64,000 nt of DNA, taken from NCBI GenBank assembly GCA_964016885.1, contig OZ024751.1, forward strand, positions 25,420,001-25,484,000, read 5' to 3'. The notes under the pieces were generated by a model, which saw only the letters and a list, made by a program, of their open reading frames with translations, did no database searches and had not been told where the DNA came from. The number at the start of each line of letters is the position of its first letter. The stretch's first letter is position 1. This DNA comes from Eledone cirrhosa. Lineage: Eukaryota. The position numbers and the translations under genes were made by a program. Shown piece after piece: positions 56,842-64,000 of this stretch.

Positions 56842-58980
56842 GAAAGAGTGAGAGAGAGTGTGTGAGAGAGAGAATGAGAGAGAGAGTGAGAGAGAGTATT
56901 GATTTACTGGGATTATTTTATACCATATTATATTTCCTTGTAATTGTGAGTTCTAACTTTGGCACAAGGCCACAGAGTGACGTAGTACGCTGGATGGTAG
57001 TGCGAATTTAGTACACGTAATCGATCATACACTTCACTAGAACTTATCTTACCGCATCTTAAGATAGGGAAAGGTAAAATCTCTATTAGTAAACAGTTTG
57101 AACTCGGTATTTTAAGAGACGCCATTAAATGATATGCAATATATATATATTTTATTGATTTGTATTTTGCCCTTCTGGCCACACAACCAGAGATCAATTC
57201 TGTATGGTATGATTCGTATAATAAAGATGGAGAAGAAAGACAAAGACCTTATCGTACTATTAGACGAAAGAAACAATATTTCAATTGATCATATTGCTGA
57301 TAATATTGATCACCCTGAAAGCATGAAAAGCAAAATTGATTACGGAGGGTTTTGAACTCTGAACGCAAGCAGTTGGAAGAAATATCGAGGTTCTAACGAC
57401 TATCATTTCAGCTATTTGTATTAAGGTAATTTGAAATGTCTTACTTTTACACTATAAGGAAAATATAGAAAAACAAGGATGTCACCCATTTGGACAAAGA
57501 AAGAGGAACATTACATTGTTTGCAACACCTTGGGTACTTCTATCAGTTTAGTTGAGCCAGGTATTGTGAACGGAGGTAGGTAGATGAAAACTATGGTGAA
57601 GCATACCAGATGAACTGTATCTGTAATTCAAAGAGCCAGTTTTCCTACACAAATTTCACACTGGATCGAAACGGCAAGTCCGTTAACAAGCAGGAGCACC
57701 TGTGAGATATTCAGCCGCACATGCCTTAAATCAGTGAATAAGCCATGTTTTTGTCGATCATATAACTGAAAGACTCATTGTCGAAACTGTGGAAGTTTAT
57801 TTTCTTCTTATATCTTTTGCTGATCGATATGTATCATTAAATCTATCTGATCTGATGCGATTAATTAATTCCAATATCTTATCTCTGCTCCACAAACTTT
57901 GGCCTTGTTTACCTACTTAAGAATCTAGTATAATAAAAATAATATTCTCTCGTAAAATACAAATCTCACCTTATCATCGGCATGTACAAATTTTTATTCA
58001 ACATAATTTTTGTTTCATCTAAGCTGATTTTTGGTTTTGCTTTTTAATACAAATTTTTTTCCGTGTTTTCTTTGTATACGGAAGATTCGATTTTGATCGA
58101 AAGCAAAACCATGTAATTCTTTGAAGTAGAATATTTTATAGTTCGATGTACCTTTTACAATTGATTGATAATTCGATAGCAATATGCACCATGAATAAAT
58201 TACAGGTGTCAATTCACTAAGCTTATGTTTAATTTTAATAATAGAGTGGAGTGTCACGCACTAATAATTTTTTTCCCGTCACGTTGAAATATATTCCATT
58301 TTCTCCATTTTTATTTTACATTTATTTATATATACATATAGTACAAGTAGTGTTCATTAATTGAATTCATTATAATATATTATATCTTTATTATAACGTA
58401 TTACAATATAATACGAGAAATTATAATAAATTATGATAATCGTATGAAAAATTTAATACGTTTCAAAACCCAAAATCAATGTTGAAATATATTGTATTTC
58501 TATTATATTTTTATCATATATATTTATTAGATGAAATTATAATAATTTATTATATTGATTATTATAATTTATTATAATAAATAAGTACAATTTTCATTAA
58601 TAATTGTATTTTAAAATCAAGCAAGAAACTAAGTATATTGAAACCAATGTTGAAATATATACTATTCTTTTTAAATTTCATATTTGATTTCATATTTATC
58701 TATTAAATAGCATTTATTAAATGAAATTATTATAACCTATTTTTATGATACTTTACTATTATATTTAAAAATATATCGCCACAAAGCAGATAACTATAAT
58801 AATTGTTTCTACTTTTATATCCAGTGCATTACCGGTATATCATTCAATCGCGCACGTAAGGATGAAAGGAAAAGCTAACCTCTACGGGATTTGAAATCAG
58901 ACCGTAAATGGGCGTAACTCTATGCTGTAAAACATGCTGTCCGATGCTCTACCGATACTGCCAATTCTTCCACTGCTAAT

Positions 58981-59161
58981 AATTGTTTCTACTATTGGCA
59001 CAAGGCCAGCAATTACCCAGTACATTACTGGTACTTTATTTTATCGACCCCGTAAGGATGAAAGGCAAAGTTAACCTCGGCGGGATTTGAACTCAGAATG
59101 GCAAGGGCCGTAACTCTATGCGTCAAAGCATGGTGCCCAACCCTCTACCGATACTGCCAAT
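58981..59161 (-). mobile_element. SINE copy (tandem with a degenerate copy at 58801-58965)
   Basis: Reverse complement of the 62566-type SINE. Confidence 0.85.
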
Positions 59162-60207
59162 CAATTGCTAATAATAATATGAATTATCACTAGTATGTTT
59201 ATTCAATAAGTTGTGAGGAGTGTAGATACTATTAAATGTATCCCACTTTTTGAGTGACTCTTTGTTTTACTGATACTGGTAGAATGAAAGACAAAGTTGA
59301 CCTTGGCAGGTTTTGATCTCAGTATCAAACCCTAAATATCCATGACCAGATAACAAAAAAAGTTTTGTCAGACACCTTATCGAGCCTCTCATCCAGTTCT
59401 AATTCTGGCACATTTTTTAAAGACGAAGGGAGTAAATCCAGTTAAATTAACCCCTTGCAGTTGAGACTGTCAATTATTTCATTGATCTCCGAAAGCCGTT
59501 ATATTGACTATAGGACAGTCAAAGATAGAAAGCCGAGGAGATTGTAAAGAGTGCATTATAGCTATAGTAACATATAACGGAGAGAAATAGGAGATAGTTA
59601 AATAAGAGGATATAATTGTAGAGAGAAGAGGAGGAGGAGACTAAAGTAGGAAATAAGAGACAAGAAATAAAGAAAGGTGAGAGAGACCGCAGGGGGTAGA
59701 AGGAAAAAGAAGAGGGGGCAAAACGAGGGTCGGAGAAGAAGAAAGAAATATTACCCCCTATACATTGAAGATGAAACAAAACAATCATTCTGTTAACAAG
59801 TAATTAAGACGGACTGAGATAAATAATTGGATTGATAAAATGAAAGATGACGGATGAGGAATTGATTTGGTAAGCAATTAATCAGACATCTGTTCAGAGT
59901 ACAACTTATAATGAAGTATTGTTTCTGTAAACGAACAGCAGATGTTTGTGTTATGAGCAACATAGATTTTCAGAAGAAACACCTAGGGAGAGATTTATGA
60001 GAATGAAGTAAAAAAAGAGTTAGAGAGGTGAGATATTTCTAGTGGTGTAACAAGTGTTTGAACGATATAGTGCTTATATTAACACAGGACTTAAAGGACA
60101 CAATACCTAAAGTCACATAATGTCTATATCGATATAGTGGCTATTCAATAAATGTTGATATAATTTTATCTCTGCCCACGCTTACGTTAAATATACATAT
60201 ATAGATA

Positions 60208-60858
60208 ATGATTTCTACTATAAGCACAAGGCCAGCAATTTTGGGTGGGAAAGTCGATTAAATCGACTCCAGTGCATTGCTGGGGCTTTATCTTATCAAC
60301 CCCTTAAGGATGAAAGGAAAAGCTAACCTCGGTAGGATTTGAACTCAGAACGCAAAGGAGCGTAACTTTATATTACAAAGTATAGTAGCTGACACTCTAC
60401 TGATACTACTAATCCACTTAGTTTTATCAATAGAGGGATGGCGGTGGATTAGCAGTGGGCAAAATACTTTGCAGTAGGTATCCCGGCTAGTTAGGTTCTG
60501 AACCTAAAACCTGTCGTGGTCAACTATTACTTTCATCCCCCTAGGGTCAACCAAATAGAGCACAAGTCAAGTACTGGGTTAGTATAGTGAAACACTACCC
60601 CACAAAAGCTAATGATCATGTATTTAGATTAGAGTTCATTGAGGGCAGTGCTTTGACGGATTTGTTAGAGCGTCGAACAAAATGCTTTGCAATATATAGT
60701 AACGACTATCTACGTTCTGAGTTCAAATCTCGCCGAGGTTAGCTTTGCCTTTTATCCTTACAGGGTTGATAGAATTAAGTACCAGTAACGCACTGGGGGT
60801 GATTTTATAGACATCCTTCTTCACTTCAAATTGCTTGCCTTGTCCAAAAATAGAAACC
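60208..60858. mobile_element. Cluster of three degenerate SINE copies (one minus, two plus)
   Basis: 60208-60416 (-), ~60440-60600 (+), 60643-60858 (+) share SINE motifs. Confidence 0.7.
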
Positions 60859-61692
60859 ATCATTGTTATTTTAATTTGCTTATCTTCTTTTAATTTCTTT
60901 TGATATTATCTTACGTAAAATCTAAATTAATGGATTCCTTCAATTTTTCCAGTTAATCTTATCTCATGCCTCTTTTGAAAGAGGAATAATTAGTTTTAAA
61001 ACCACATTATTAGTTTTAATTAGTTTTAAAACCACACACAGTGAGAGAAAGGTATATATTCACACAAACTCACACAGTTTCATAAACAGATTCGCAGTAT
61101 ACACTTACACGCCGACATATTTATACACATACACATCCAAAAATATGATAAGTATCACACAAATAAAGACACTACTAGAGATAACAGACGAGAAAACAAA
61201 GGAAGATTTCCTATGATTACATAAATATTTAAGGCTTCATTAGCTAAAGATTTGTAATTTAATTTCTTGCTGTGGAAAATTACGAAACGAACAGAAAGAC
61301 GAAATGAAGTTAAATGACAAAACAAAACTATTTATCGTCTCATTATCTTTGTATGTTCGTTTTATTTTATTTCGAAAAAGGAAATAAAGACCTCGAAAAC
61401 GTGATCAAAGATGAATTGAGAGAGGAATATATTTGATATATATCGTTACCAGCCGTATTCACTAAATAACTGTATAACGATGAAAACATATTAAAAAATA
61501 AAACATGAAAAAATATTAAGATATAAATATATAAACAAATAAAAGATACGTAGAAAATACAAACATTGTAATGATCCAATTTGTCATGAAGAGATAAAAT
61601 ACGTTTCGGATACTTGCTCCCCTTCAGAGAAGAGAATAATTGTAGAGGATGATACAACTGTTGATGAGAAATATATCTGCAGTGAGAGAGAG

Positions 61693-61737
<45 letters not shown>

Positions 61738-61751
61738 GAGAGAGAGAGAGA

Positions 61752-61807
<56 letters not shown>

Positions 61808-62411
61808 GGACTTACATACTTAGTGGGAGAAGTAAGACAATTATTCAAATTAGCACTCTTTTAAAGAAGGTAGTGTGTAAGTATTGTTTTAAAACTTGTC
61901 AGCCAAACTTTCACGCCATAAGCTTCTTTGTGTCGCAGAACAAAGAACACAAAGAGCGCAAAGAAATAGAATATGTCCTCACGGTCGACTCTTTAACAGT
62001 TACTCATCCCCCATCCACTGGCCTAGGACTTTATTCATCGACCCTGTAGATGATGAAAGGCATGACAAATTTGAACTATGAAGGATTTGAACTCAGAATA
62101 CAACGATCCAGAATAAACACTAAGAGATGTTTAACGACGCTACCATATATGGTGAATCCATTAGAATGATGCTAACATTATATTAAACAATATCAAAAAA
62201 TGTGTAATCCACACACACACACACACGCGCACACAAATACTTACATTTATGTATCAGCTGTGCTAGGGCTAGAAATAAAATTATAATTTTATTTTTAATT
62301 TTCGGCAAGGCCAGCCGTAACTCGCTCGGTATGCAAATGAGGCTATTCAGCCGATGTGTACTAAAGAAAATACTATATATTTTCAACCGTTCAACAGATT
62401 GTCAGAGGTAT

Positions 62412-62454
62412 ACAGTCCTGATGAAGGATAATGAGCCAGAAACATGTTGATTGT
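62412..62454 (+). ncRNA. Minimal type I hammerhead ribozyme motif
   Basis: ACAGTC CTGATGA AGG-ATAATGAG-CCA GAAA CATG TT GATTGT; stem I 6 bp, palindromic stem III, weak stem II. Confidence 0.65.
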
Positions 62455-62565
62455 TCCTCAAAGCCAGTGTTGGACAAACAGATAACGATTGGTCACCGGC
62501 ACGGAACAGCTTTAATCGGGCCGTTTGCTGACAAACAAATGGAGCATTATTATTAATGTTCAAAG

Positions 62566-62752
62566 GGCGGTGGATTGGCAGTATCGGTAGAGGGTCGGAC
62601 ACCATGCTTTGCACCATAGTTACGTCCCTTTACGATCTGAGTTCAAATCCCGCCGAGGTTGACTTTGCCTTTCATCCTTACGGGGTCGATAAAATAAAGT
62701 ACCAGTAATGTACTGGGTAATTGCTGGCCTTGTGCCAAAAGTAGAAACAATT
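62566..62752 (+). mobile_element. Full-length SINE copy
   Basis: Near-identical to 48887-49103 with a shorter tail. Confidence 0.85.
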
Positions 62753-62783
62753 ATTAATGTTCGACATAACCCATACGTACATA

Positions 62784-62833
<50 letters not shown>

Positions 62834-62836
<3 letters not shown>

Positions 62837-63027
62837 CGAAGGAAGTGTGGTAAGGAACCAGATGGACCATATCGCACCAGAGTACTCAATACTTAGGGTA
62901 GTAGAGTGGGTAATAGGAAAATGTATGACCCCGACGGCAGAGCTCAAGCCGTTTCGACTGCTATTTCTGAGTCCAGAAATAGCCGTCGAAACGGCTTGAC
63001 CTCTGCCGTCGGGGTCATACATTTTCC

Positions 63028-63029
<2 letters not shown>
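62834..63029 (+). mobile_element. Copy of the (TA)n-inserted hairpin element
   Basis: Same body; ~57-bp-arm hairpin 62913-63029; partial arm also at 21052-21096. Confidence 0.85.
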
Positions 63030-63090
<61 letters not shown>

Positions 63091-63257
63091 AACAATACAA
63101 AAATGGATAGTCCATATATAAATATATATTACACAATATCAAAAAAGAGTATATATATATATATTAAATTATATATTAAATTTGGTCAATGTTAACATTA
63201 CTGGTCAAAAAATCTCACTTAATATCTATAACAAATATTTAACAAACACACACTGTG

Positions 63258-63289
63258 TGACGTCATTTCTGACGTCAAAGATGACGTCA
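63258..63289. promoter_or_regulatory. Triple cAMP-response element (TGACGTCA x3)
   Basis: Exact TGACGTCA at 63258-63265, 63270-63277 and 63282-63289, 12-bp period. Confidence 0.55.
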
Positions 63290-64000
63290 CATCACTGTAC
63301 TGTGAATAAGTTATGGACTTGTCAACGTTACTGAAATATGTCCGTGGGAGATTGCGCTAGCGTGGGCGTGAGCATGCGTGCAGTTTCACATATGTGCGTG
63401 GGAGAGCACGTGAACGTGTAAATGGTCATGGGTAAATGTGTGTGTGTGTGTGTATGGGCATCGTGTGTATGTATGTATATGCGCGTGTGTGTGTGTGTGT
63501 GTGTGCACGTGCGTGCCCGTATGTAAATGCGGTATTGGAGGTGAGTGTTGTTGAACAAAATACTATGTATGCATGTGGAAGTTCATATGTATGAGGAATC
63601 GAATGTGTGTGTGTATATATATGCGTATATGCGTTGATATATATGTGTGTGTGTATGTGTGTGTATGTATGCATGCATAAATTTACATGTGTAAAGGAGC
63701 GAAAGTGTGTGTGTGTATATATGTGTATACGGGTGTGTATATATGTGTGCATATGTGCATATGCGCGTGTATACATGTGTATATGTGTGTATATATGTTA
63801 TAAGCGTGCGTAAGTGGGTGTACTATTTTCAGATTTATCTTTATGACAATTATGATACCAGAATTGAAATGTGGGGCGTGGCATATAAATGTATTTATTT
63901 CATTGGTGGTTTCAACCAATTACGTCATAAAAGTGTTTAACCAATAAGAAAAAACAGCTTCAGTATTACACACACACACACACACACACGCGCACACACA

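Overview
AT-rich, microsatellite-laden eukaryotic DNA, most likely from an octopod cephalopod (inferred from the SINE family, the (TA)n/(CA)n load and the peptide content). The core is a tandem pair of minus-strand neuropeptide precursor coding regions. The first is a two-coding-exon PRQFVamide-related precursor: signal-peptide exon 37880-37799, peptide exon 36444-35567, encoding 16 PMEFLamide, 3 RMEFLamide and 1 GMEFLamide. The second lies about 1.3 kb downstream: a ~4 kb ORF (34237-30227) with roughly 110 KR-flanked, Gly-extended xDPMFI/xDPLFV-type peptides resembling molluscan MIP/PXFVamides, but with no clean start or signal peptide of its own. The flanks hold a decayed Penelope-like element (RT + GIY-YIG), RTE-like LINE fragments, a Chapaev3-like DNA transposon remnant and many tRNA-derived SINEs. 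There are also at least eight minimal hammerhead-ribozyme motifs, several inside fold-back palindromes next to (TA)n arrays. Most ORFs in the supplied track are microsatellite artefacts.
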